DNA of 54,109 nt, taken from NCBI GenBank assembly GCA_903901225.1, contig CAIUQE010000005.1, positions 1-54,109 of the forward strand, in the 5' to 3' direction. Origin of the DNA: Candidatus Omnitrophota bacterium (GTDB lineage Bacteria; Omnitrophota; Gorgyraeia; Zapsychrales; Fredricksoniimonadaceae). Numbering within the stretch: the stretch's first letter is position 1; every line of letters begins with the position of its first letter. A model generated the notes under the pieces. The model did no database searches and was not told where the DNA came from. It saw only the letters and a program-made list of their open reading frames with translations. Shown here one piece after another: positions 46,493 to 54,109 of the stretch. The position numbers and the translations under genes are program-made.

Positions 46493-46912
46493 TCAGGGCC
46501 CCGCAATGGTTTCCATGACCACGTAAGACCGGCTGCTGCCGTTGCACGCCGCCGCGTCGCACGCGCCACCCGGCTCACACCAGCAAATGTATACCGCCAC
46601 ATCCTTGCCCGTGCCATCAGCCGTGACCGTGACTGTCCGGCGCGTGGCGATCCCCTGGAGCGTGTCCCCGGTAGCGGCATTCGTCTCCAAAGGACAAGCG
46701 CCACCCGACGCCGTTGGCAGACCGCCGGCGCGCGCGCTCGCGCAGCGTTCCATCCTGTCTTCCGCCAGCGATGTCGCCAGGCGCGCATGCAGCCGCCGGG
46801 CGTACAGATCATTCGCGTAAAAATAGAAGGCGAGCCCGCCCGCGAGCGTGATCGCGAGGATCAGAATGGCGAACATGGCTTCAACAATCGAGAAGCCGCG
46901 CGCGCCTTTCAC
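46493..46912 (-). CDS. PilV-like minor pilin
   Basis: KGARG-FSIVEAMFAILIL class III signal with several Cys in the C-terminal part; GTG start at 46912 is tentative. Confidence 0.75.
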   Translation of the reverse strand: MKGARGFSIVEAMFAILILAITLAGGLAFYFYANDLYARRLHARLATSLAEDRMERCASARAGGLPTASGGACPLETNAATGDTLQGIATRRTVTVTADGTGKDVAVYICWCEPGGACDAAACNGSSRSYVVMETIAGP

Positions 46913-46937
46913 CGCGATAACGTCGCGGGCCGGAACC

Positions 46938-47489
46938 TCACCATTGCGTGTATGTTGACCCATTATCCAGTGAATAGACAACAACACCGCTGTTGTCCAT
47001 CTTTACGATGACCTGTTTCCCCGCGGTCTGAACCTCGGCAGCGCTGCGCGCCTTGCCGTCATTCGCGGCTGTTGAAGCTTCACTATTGGCCGCATTGGCC
47101 GTGATCACGAAATCCACCGGCGTTGTGACCGTCACGCCAGCACTTGTGAACGCCGCGTCGGCGCCCGCGGCAGCGGCAACCGTGTACGCCTTGGGTGAAA
47201 AGTACTTCGCGTTGCGCAGGTCAACACCCAAAGACGTGTTCGCACCGGCGCTGCCCTGGAAATAAATGCTCCCATCGGTAATGGGCAGGACAAAACCGCC
47301 ACCATGCTGCATCGCATAAATGCGCTCGGCCGAACGGATCGACCCGATACCCGCCACGGCTTCCGATGCCTTGGCCTTGTCCGCGCTGGACAGGAACATC
47401 GGCGCGGCGATCGCGGCCAGGATCCCGATGATCAGCAGGACCACCAGCAACTCGATCATGGAAAAACCTTTTTGCAGGAACTTTTTCAT
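46938..47489 (-). CDS. pilA: Type IV major pilin
   Basis: MKKFLQKG-FSMIELLVVLLIIGILAAIAAP, KAKASEA; strong SD AAGGAG. Confidence 0.88.
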   Translation of the reverse strand: MKKFLQKGFSMIELLVVLLIIGILAAIAAPMFLSSADKAKASEAVAGIGSIRSAERIYAMQHGGGFVLPITDGSIYFQGSAGANTSLGVDLRNAKYFSPKAYTVAAAAGADAAFTSAGVTVTTPVDFVITANAANSEASTAANDGKARSAAEVQTAGKQVIVKMDNSGVVVYSLDNGSTYTQW

Positions 47490-47545
47490 ACGGCTCTCCT
47501 TTTTTATTGTGCCCTTAAAGAATATCGCTCTCGCTTACAACGTTG

Positions 47546-48763
47546 TTACCGGACGGCGCCGGACAACGAGAATATCGGCAGGTACAAGGCGATCGCGACC
47601 ACCGCGACCACGCTGCCGATCAGAATGATGCACACAGGCTCCAGGAGCGAATTGAGCTCGCTGATGAACGCCTCCACTTCCCGGTCATAATAATCCGCCA
47701 TGCGCCGGAACATTTCGTCGAGCTTCCCGGCTTTTTCTCCGACCGCCACCATCTTGATCAGGATCCGCGGAAAATCCCGGTGCGGGCGCATCGCCTCACC
47801 CAGGGATGCCCCGTTCGAGACGCTGTGCCCGACCTCGCCCATGATCTGCTTGAGGAACAGGTTCACCGTGACCTCGGACGCCAGCGACAATGCCTTGATG
47901 ATGCCCACCCCTCCGGCCAGCAGCATGGCCGATGTGCGGCAAAACCGCGCCAGCATGGCCTTGTGGATGACCTTGCCGACGACCGGGAGTTTCAATAAAT
48001 AGTAGTCCACGATGAACCTGACTTTGAATAGCTTCAACAGGCGCCAGGACAGCGCTCCCAGCAATATCCCGGCGACCAGCGTTCCCGCGAAATTCCTCAG
48101 GAAAAACTCGCTCACGCCCACCACGATCCGCGTCAGAACGGGCAGTTTGACACCGGCTCCCTCAAAGATCGTCTTGAACTTCGGGATCAGGATCAGGACA
48201 ATGCACGCGACGATCACCCCGATAAAACTCAACAGGAATATCGGGTAACGGATCGCGCTGATCAGCTTCTGACGCATGCCTTCGTAATCCTCCATGAACG
48301 TCGCGAGGCTCGCCATGGTGCTGCTGAGGCTCCCTATCTCCTCACCCGAACGGACCACGGCCACGTAGTACGGTGAAAAAACGGATGGATGCCGGGCCAG
48401 CGCCGCGGACAATGTCTCGCCGGAACGTATATGGAAAAGGACGGCACGTAAAATACCGGCAAAATACTCGTTCTCAAGGTCGGTGCTGATCGTGTCGAGC
48501 GCTTCTGTCAGCAGGACCCCCGCCTCCAGGATCGTCCCCAGCTGACGCGTGAACACCGCCTTCTCGGCTGAGCTTACGCTCCTCGGCGTAAAAACAGCCG
48601 CGACAAGCCCCCCGGATCTTTTTTCGATCCTGACCGGCGTGGCTTCAACCGAGGTCGCCCCCGTGCTTTTGAGGCTACTGGCCAGGGAATCCGCGCTGTC
48701 CGCGGTCCTGACTCCCGTGATGGCCCGGCCATTCATGTCGAAGGCTTTATATTCGAATTCCAT
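47546..48763 (-). CDS. pilC: Type IV pilus/T2SS inner-membrane platform protein (PilC/GspF)
   Basis: FTRQLGTILEAGV, SGEEIG, AIRYP, VGEKAGKLDEM, LLEP, ALYLPIF. Confidence 0.92.
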   Translation of the reverse strand: MEFEYKAFDMNGRAITGVRTADSADSLASSLKSTGATSVEATPVRIEKRSGGLVAAVFTPRSVSSAEKAVFTRQLGTILEAGVLLTEALDTISTDLENEYFAGILRAVLFHIRSGETLSAALARHPSVFSPYYVAVVRSGEEIGSLSSTMASLATFMEDYEGMRQKLISAIRYPIFLLSFIGVIVACIVLILIPKFKTIFEGAGVKLPVLTRIVVGVSEFFLRNFAGTLVAGILLGALSWRLLKLFKVRFIVDYYLLKLPVVGKVIHKAMLARFCRTSAMLLAGGVGIIKALSLASEVTVNLFLKQIMGEVGHSVSNGASLGEAMRPHRDFPRILIKMVAVGEKAGKLDEMFRRMADYYDREVEAFISELNSLLEPVCIILIGSVVAVVAIALYLPIFSLSGAVR

Positions 48764-48765
48764 GG

Positions 48766-50448
48766 CTAAACTTCCTCAAATTCCCGCGTGACCCGCAGGA
48801 CATCATCGATGGTCGTGATCCCCTGCCTCATCTTGTCAATGCCCCGCTCGGAAAGCGTGCGCATCCCCTGGGCAACACCCTTGCGGGCGATCTCGTCGCT
48901 CGACGCGCGGGTGTTGATCAGGTTACGGACATCATCCGTGATCGCCAGCATCTCGAATATCGCCACGCGCCCCTTATAGCCTCTGTTCATGCACTTGGGA
49001 CAACCCTTGCCCTGATAAAAGACGATCTTCTCCTGCCCGAGGCCGAGGCGCTCGCGCAGGGTTACCGGCACAACCTGCTCCTGACGGCAGGCCAGGCAGA
49101 TGCAGCGCACCAGCCGCTGCGCCAGGACGCCAACGAGCGAAGACGAGAGCAGGAATGGCTCTACTCCCATATTTATCAACCGCACCGGAGCGCCGGCGGC
49201 ATCATTGGTATGAAGCGTCGCGAAAACCAGGTGCCCGGTGAGCGCCGCGTGGATCGCGATCTCCGCGGTCTCCTTGTCACGGATCTCACCGACCATGATG
49301 ATGTCCGGGTCCTGGCGGAGGATCGAGCGCAGGCCCCGGGCAAAATCAAAATCTATCGCGGGATTGACCTGCGTCTGCTGCAGGAATTCAAGGCGGTACT
49401 CGACCGGGTCCTCCAGGGTTACGATATTTCTTTCGGAAGAATGGATCTCGTTGAGCGTGGTGTACAACGTCGTCGTCTTGCCGCTGCCCGTAGGCCCCGT
49501 GACCAGGATGATCCCGTAAGGACGGCGGATGCTCCTGCGGTATTTCTCAAGATCGTCAGGCTCAAACCCCAGTTTCTCGAGGCCCGCCAGGGGGCTTGAG
49601 GTGTTGAGCAGGCGCATGACAATGCTTTCACCGTATATCGTCGGAAAGGATGACACGCGCACATCGATCTCCTGATTGCCGACCAGCATCTTGAAACGCC
49701 CGTCCTGCGGCAGGCGGCGTTCGGCAATGTCCAGTCCCGACAGGATCTTGACGCGCGTCACGATGGCGGGGAGCATGCTTTTGGGCGGTGCCGGGCAATC
49801 GGAAAGGATCGAGTCAATGCGCAGGCGCAGTTCCACGCGCTCCTGCTTGGGCTGGATATGGATGTCGCTGGCGTCATTATTGAAGGCCTGCACGACCAGG
49901 TCATGCACGTATTTGACAACGGGCGGGTCGCTCGCCTCCAGGTGCAGGCTGTCAACCGTCTCCACCTGCCACTGCGGCGCGTCCTGCCCAACGAAGTTCT
50001 CGACATGCTCCTGCAGCCGCCCGCCCTTGACGTAACATTCCTCGATGGCCCCCATGATATCGCCCTCGAAGGCGACCACCCGCCTGATCTTGAGCCCCGT
50101 CTTCAAATGAACGGCATCTTCCGCCACGATATCCGAGGGGTCCGACATGGCCAGCGTCAGCGCGTCCCCGGCCAGCGATACCGGGAACACCGTGAAGCGC
50201 CGCGCCAGCTCTTCAGGCACAAGCGCGATGACCTCAGGCGGGATCTGCCGGTACACGTCCTTGATATTCAAAAACGGCAACTGGAAGAACCGCGCCGCGA
50301 AGGGGGTCATCTGCCAGGAACGCACAAAGCCCATCTTGACAACAATATCCCCCAGGCGCTCATTGCTCTTATGCTGTTGTTCGAGCGCTTTTTCAAGCTG
50401 TTCCGGCTTGATCAGGCCTTCCGCGATAAGGGCTTCACCGATCTTCAT
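48766..50448 (-). CDS. pilB: Type IV pilus/T2SS extension ATPase (PilB/GspE) with MshEN-like N-terminus
   Basis: ASDIHI, LDIAERRLPQDGR, GPTGSGKTT, LRQDPD, TGHLV, CxxC...CxxC Zn motif. Confidence 0.93.
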   Translation of the reverse strand: MKIGEALIAEGLIKPEQLEKALEQQHKSNERLGDIVVKMGFVRSWQMTPFAARFFQLPFLNIKDVYRQIPPEVIALVPEELARRFTVFPVSLAGDALTLAMSDPSDIVAEDAVHLKTGLKIRRVVAFEGDIMGAIEECYVKGGRLQEHVENFVGQDAPQWQVETVDSLHLEASDPPVVKYVHDLVVQAFNNDASDIHIQPKQERVELRLRIDSILSDCPAPPKSMLPAIVTRVKILSGLDIAERRLPQDGRFKMLVGNQEIDVRVSSFPTIYGESIVMRLLNTSSPLAGLEKLGFEPDDLEKYRRSIRRPYGIILVTGPTGSGKTTTLYTTLNEIHSSERNIVTLEDPVEYRLEFLQQTQVNPAIDFDFARGLRSILRQDPDIIMVGEIRDKETAEIAIHAALTGHLVFATLHTNDAAGAPVRLINMGVEPFLLSSSLVGVLAQRLVRCICLACRQEQVVPVTLRERLGLGQEKIVFYQGKGCPKCMNRGYKGRVAIFEMLAITDDVRNLINTRASSDEIARKGVAQGMRTLSERGIDKMRQGITTIDDVLRVTREFEEV

Positions 50449-50861
50449 ACCGCGTCCTTCTTTTTAGACAAAGCGTTCGCCGCGAACACTTCGTCAATAA
50501 GGCCGATAAGTTCACCCACCTTGAACGGCTTGTACAACAATCCCGCGGCCCCCGCTTTCAACGCCCGCTCCTGCTGCCCGTCTATCCTGTGCGCCGTCAT
50601 CATGATGATGTTGCGACGCGGGCCAAGCCGGCGCTGGATCTCCCAGCCATCCATGCCGGGCAACTGGATATCGAGGATCAGGCAGCCGTTGTCAATGGCT
50701 TCTCCCGACGCGAAGAACGCGTCCCCGGAAAGGAACGTGGCCACCTCGAACCCGTAAGTCCTCAACAGGCATTTAAGGGCGCGGCAAACCGATTCATCAT
50801 CGTCAACAATGAAGATCCTGCGCGCAACCATGCCCGCTTTTTCGTTCGTATTCTTTGCCAT
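50445..50861 (-). CDS. Single-domain FixJ-like response regulator
   Basis: IFIVDDD, LILDIQLPGMDG, MTAH, YKPF; its stop overlaps the pilB start. Confidence 0.88.
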   Translation of the reverse strand: MAKNTNEKAGMVARRIFIVDDDESVCRALKCLLRTYGFEVATFLSGDAFFASGEAIDNGCLILDIQLPGMDGWEIQRRLGPRRNIIMMTAHRIDGQQERALKAGAAGLLYKPFKVGELIGLIDEVFAANALSKKKDAV

Positions 50862-50962
50862 GACGATACTTTAGGGAGAAATCAGGAAATGGACAATTGA
50901 ACCAAGGTATAATCCGGGAGACCTACAAGGAAGAAAAACGAGAGCGAAACAACTTTAAACGT

Positions 50963-51337
50963 TCACCGGGGCATGTGGATAAGGCAGTAATGGAAAAGTT
51001 TTACGTAAACATCCTCCGACGTCCGGTCTTCGGTCAGGAAGCGCACGCCGGTCTCAAAGATCCGGTTCTGGTAAACCGGCGCTGACCAGGCCACAACACC
51101 CTCAAGATAGCACGGCCCTTCATCCGGAAGATCGACCAGCATGGAAACGACCTTCCCGCGCTTGAAATGCAGCCCTCCCAGCAGGCGGCAACCCTGATGA
51201 TGGATATCCATCAGTTCGGTCCTGCGAAAAGGCGTAAAGACACTATCCTTGTCGCGCCATTTCACCTCGACCTCGGCAGGGATCCTCTGCCACTGACGCT
51301 GTTCACTGAAATCTGTTTGCTTCACCACTGTTTCCAT
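50963..51337 (-). CDS. PilZ-domain protein
   Basis: EQRQWQR (RxxxR), DIHHQG (variant of DxSxxG), GVVAW, GVRF. Confidence 0.8.
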   Translation of the reverse strand: METVVKQTDFSEQRQWQRIPAEVEVKWRDKDSVFTPFRRTELMDIHHQGCRLLGGLHFKRGKVVSMLVDLPDEGPCYLEGVVAWSAPVYQNRIFETGVRFLTEDRTSEDVYVKLFHYCLIHMPR

Positions 51338-51377
51338 AGATCCTGCCTTTAAACGGTTTTATTTCTGTCCCATTTAA

Positions 51378-51386
51378 AGTATAGCA
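51378..51386 (-). promoter_or_regulatory. Possible extended -10 promoter for the PilZ gene
   Basis: Minus strand TGCTATACT in AT-rich intergenic DNA, about 40 nt upstream of the ATG. Confidence 0.35.
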
Positions 51387-51460
51387 TTAAAGTATTTTCT
51401 ATTTAACATCTGTCATATAAAAATCTCATGCCACGCTGGTAAGCAGATCACCTTTTCAAA

Positions 51461-53074
51461 CTAAAAGCCGATATAGACCGACACATGTCCCCGGAGATCC
51501 CCGACCTGCTTGCTCCCGCCGGCGTCCACTACCCGTGCCAGGTCGAAGCGCGTGTTGAAGTTTCTTCCGATATTCCAGCGCAGGCCCGCGCCGATACTGG
51601 CGATCGATATCTGCTGCCTGTCTTCCCCGGCCAACGGAACATTAGCAGCCATGCCGGCATCATAGAACACCAGGCCGCGCAGGCTTCCCTTGCCGGAGAC
51701 CAGCTTGCCCAGCAGATTTGGCGTATAGAGTTCAAGATTGGCAAAACAGCCGATATCCCGAACGATCTCACGCTCCAAGAACCCGCGGACAGCGGTCGCG
51801 CCGGCAATGCTGAATTGCTCGCCGGACACAAGGGCATCCGGGGTGTACTGGGCGTCAAAAGCAGCACGGAGTTGCCAATTATTCTCAAAGGCGTTGACCA
51901 TGCTCGCGCCAAAACGAAGGATCGTATAATTAGAAGTTGCCCCATCACCACCCGTCGGACTTGGACGCGCCGCGTTAAAATCGCTTTCGTCCCCGTCCGC
52001 AGCCACGGGAACGTTACGCGATAAAGCAGCATAAAGATCAGCGATCCTCCCGGGATTGGCCCAATTACCACTGTAGGCCACGCTGACGGGGGTCACGGTG
52101 ACATCCGCCGCGGCCGGCCCGCAACCGGCGGAACCAAAATCACCGAGCGAGCAGTCATTCGTGTACGCGCGATAATCCATCCCGTAAACAAGCCTGTGCG
52201 CGTACGTGCCGACGCGCGACAACAGCTGATTGTAGCGCGCACCGTAAACAGTGCCTTTGCCGGAGAAATTGAGCGGCCCCGCAACGGTCGACGTGGTACC
52301 GGCGCTGACATCCGAATAAGCGGCGATGAGATCCACGGAATCACCCCGCGCATATAGCGGCAGGCGATAGCTCCCGCTATAAAGCCCAACCTTGTTCTCG
52401 CGCCCCGGGGCGGTCACATAACTGAACGTGCCCACGTCGTCACGGTTGAACAGGTTGGCGTGCTGCACACCGGCCCCGATCCGAAAATCACCGGTCTGGG
52501 GATTGCCGGTATTATCCAGGGTCAAAAACCCTTTTAGTGGCCGCACGTCAATGACGTCAATGACAGCGTCCACAACGCCCTGTTTCTCACCGGGGCGCAG
52601 CACGACATCCACCTGCTTGGCGGGACTTTCATTGGCAAGCTGCGCGTTCGCAGATATGTCCCTGGCCCTTGGCATCTCTCCCTCCCTTAAGGCTGGAAAG
52701 CTGGCACGGATGTTCGCGCCATCAAAAAATTTGTTGCCCTGGATCGTGATCTTGCCAATCTTGGCTTCAACTACCTGCAGCGTAACGACGCCTCCATCAA
52801 GGTCCTGTTCCGGCGTGGTCACCCACACCACGCTATACCCTCTGACAAGATAGCGTTTCCTGAGCGCCTCGATCGCGTGCTGCACATCGGCATAAACGCG
52901 GTGTTTTCCGGTAAATGGCTTAAGAATTTCTTCGACCTCTTGAGGCCCGAGCAACGTATTACCTTCGACCATGAAATGATCAATATCAAAATATTCGGGC
53001 TTCGCATGCGCAGGAGAAAGCATCAAGGTCAGCAATACCCCCACAGCTACCATAGAGCGGACCATTAACAGCAT
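51461..53074 (-). CDS. Two-partner secretion outer-membrane transporter (ShlB/FhaC/HecB, TpsB)
   Basis: POTRA motifs (VEGNTLL, PEQDL..GVV.LQVVE), LDNTG, VRGF loop motif, SIGAGLRW, terminal Phe. Start taken at 53074. Confidence 0.9.
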   Translation of the reverse strand: MLLMVRSMVAVGVLLTLMLSPAHAKPEYFDIDHFMVEGNTLLGPQEVEEILKPFTGKHRVYADVQHAIEALRKRYLVRGYSVVWVTTPEQDLDGGVVTLQVVEAKIGKITIQGNKFFDGANIRASFPALREGEMPRARDISANAQLANESPAKQVDVVLRPGEKQGVVDAVIDVIDVRPLKGFLTLDNTGNPQTGDFRIGAGVQHANLFNRDDVGTFSYVTAPGRENKVGLYSGSYRLPLYARGDSVDLIAAYSDVSAGTTSTVAGPLNFSGKGTVYGARYNQLLSRVGTYAHRLVYGMDYRAYTNDCSLGDFGSAGCGPAAADVTVTPVSVAYSGNWANPGRIADLYAALSRNVPVAADGDESDFNAARPSPTGGDGATSNYTILRFGASMVNAFENNWQLRAAFDAQYTPDALVSGEQFSIAGATAVRGFLEREIVRDIGCFANLELYTPNLLGKLVSGKGSLRGLVFYDAGMAANVPLAGEDRQQISIASIGAGLRWNIGRNFNTRFDLARVVDAGGSKQVGDLRGHVSVYIGF

Positions 53075-53116
53075 ATTGCCCCTTCCTCTGCAAATTAACA
53101 GATGTGGCACAAATAC

Positions 53117-54109
53117 TTATTTCCCATGAACTTTCTCAGATTCCTGCGGGAATGACCAGGTTTCATAATAAACTCCACCGGTAGAAGGATCGAGACGCTC
53201 CAACCCCCTGCTCAAATGTGTGTTCGCCTCATTTGTTCCTCTCAATACATCGAATCCGGGGTCTGCGTTGTTATAGTTCAACGCGATATGCCAGAAATTG
53301 CCCGGACGATAATAATAATCATTGTTAATGACGCCGTTATAAATGACCTGTCCTGCGTTAAACCCCAAAACCGACGACGACGCGGCGTCCGTGATGAGCA
53401 GATGATCATGCGTGTATCCAAGGGTATAATTAACCCCTGCCGCCAACGTACCCTGGGTGATATCGTAGGGCCCGCCCAAAACGCTCTCACCGGGCGCGCG
53501 CGTCAACAGGCCCGAAAGCACGGTCCCCGCGGTATCACTGAACTGAAAACCACTCGCCATATATGTCAAGGCCGGATCGATCGCTCCGAAGATCTTGCTT
53601 TGCGGATCGGCGACAACATGAAGGACAGCGGGTGTGATACCCAGATTGGCGCCGGTATAGGCAATGATGTAATTAGAATTCGCCAGCAGGGTGTTCTGCC
53701 CGATCGCGTAATTACCCACGCTCTCTCCGACAACCCGTGATAAGACGCCGGTCAGGACACTGCCGACCGTGTCACCCGACTGAAAACCGCTCGCCGCGTA
53801 GGTCAGAGCCGGATCAAGCGCACCATACACCTTGGCCAAGGCATCAGCCACAACTATCAGCGCTTTAGGCGTGATCGCGCCGATGTTTCCCGTTGCACTC
53901 ACGCCTATCACCGCACTCAGGTCATAGTTGCTAAGCAGGGTTCCACCATTGGCCGTGTAATCACCAAGCACCAGACTCGCGGACGTTACCGGACTCCCCG
54001 CCGGGTTATTCACCACATCCTTGCCGTTGTCATACGTCCCATTCGTCACTCCAACTGTGGCACCTTCAGCGCCAACGAATCCTGTGATGCTGTAATTGCC
54101 ACTCGTCAG
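53117..54109 (-). CDS. TpsA-type filamentous adhesin, C-terminal part with two MBG-like repeats (runs off the right edge)
   Basis: Frame is open to the window end (LTSGNYSITGF...). Repeats ITP..L.VVAD...K.YG..DPALTY..SGFQ..D.....L.G.L.R..GESVG; sits upstream of tpsB. Confidence 0.82.
   Translation of the reverse strand: MTSGNYSITGFVGAEGATVGVTNGTYDNGKDVVNNPAGSPVTSASLVLGDYTANGGTLLSNYDLSAVIGVSATGNIGAITPKALIVVADALAKVYGALDPALTYAASGFQSGDTVGSVLTGVLSRVVGESVGNYAIGQNTLLANSNYIIAYTGANLGITPAVLHVVADPQSKIFGAIDPALTYMASGFQFSDTAGTVLSGLLTRAPGESVLGGPYDITQGTLAAGVNYTLGYTHDHLLITDAASSSVLGFNAGQVIYNGVINNDYYYRPGNFWHIALNYNNADPGFDVLRGTNEANTHLSRGLERLDPSTGGVYYETWSFPQESEKVHGK

Noticed and set aside
266-53740. Many long plus-strand ORFs antisense to real genes (e.g. 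1687..2652, 6840..7874, 24418..25554, 39426..41093) and minus-strand 29238..30752
   Set aside because: They are shadow ORFs of GC-rich coding DNA: fully antisense to genes with clear family motifs and without recognisable motifs of their own.
1-54109. tRNA, rRNA, prophage or integrase genes
   Set aside because: None recognisable. Intergenic gaps are short and explained by promoters, hairpins, REPs and MITEs. A covariance-model scan would be needed to exclude small RNAs.

Overview
Gene-dense bacterial chromosomal window, almost all coding on the minus strand. In order: the 5' end of an IS481-like transposase at the left edge; a phosphate (Pho) locus (phoB-phoR, porin-pstSCAB-phoU); a 2871-aa giant multidomain gene; a sulfate assimilation cluster (Rrf2 regulator, OprO/P-type porin, sbp, cysT, cysW, ThiS-like carrier, MetY-like enzyme, ThiF/MoeB E1, JAB protease, sulfite reductase-TusA fusion, with divergent cysH-cysD-cysN); a duplicated PAS histidine kinase/receiver/GGDEF signalling block; a type IV pilus/T2SS-like cluster; a PilZ protein; and a two-partner secretion pair cut by the right edge. 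The giant protein's terminal regions look like those of Candidatus Omnitrophota (OP3) giant proteins, which is recognition from memory and not a search result. The best candidate for an undescribed system is this giant gene. Its promoter carries the same 11-bp-periodic GTTCACAC repeat, at the same distance from a -10 box, as the porin-pst promoter, which suggests PhoB control. Its interior reads like a fused envelope operon: a second internal signal peptide, a peptidoglycan-binding motif, two HlyD-like adaptor units, TolC-like helices, HEAT-like repeats, TM helices and a nucleotidyltransferase-like domain. Other notable signals are two inverted 122-bp MITE-like elements bracketing the sulfur operon, and a sulfate porin and Sbp with no Cys or Met after the initiator. 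No rRNA, tRNA or CRISPR array was seen. All domain calls were made by eye.
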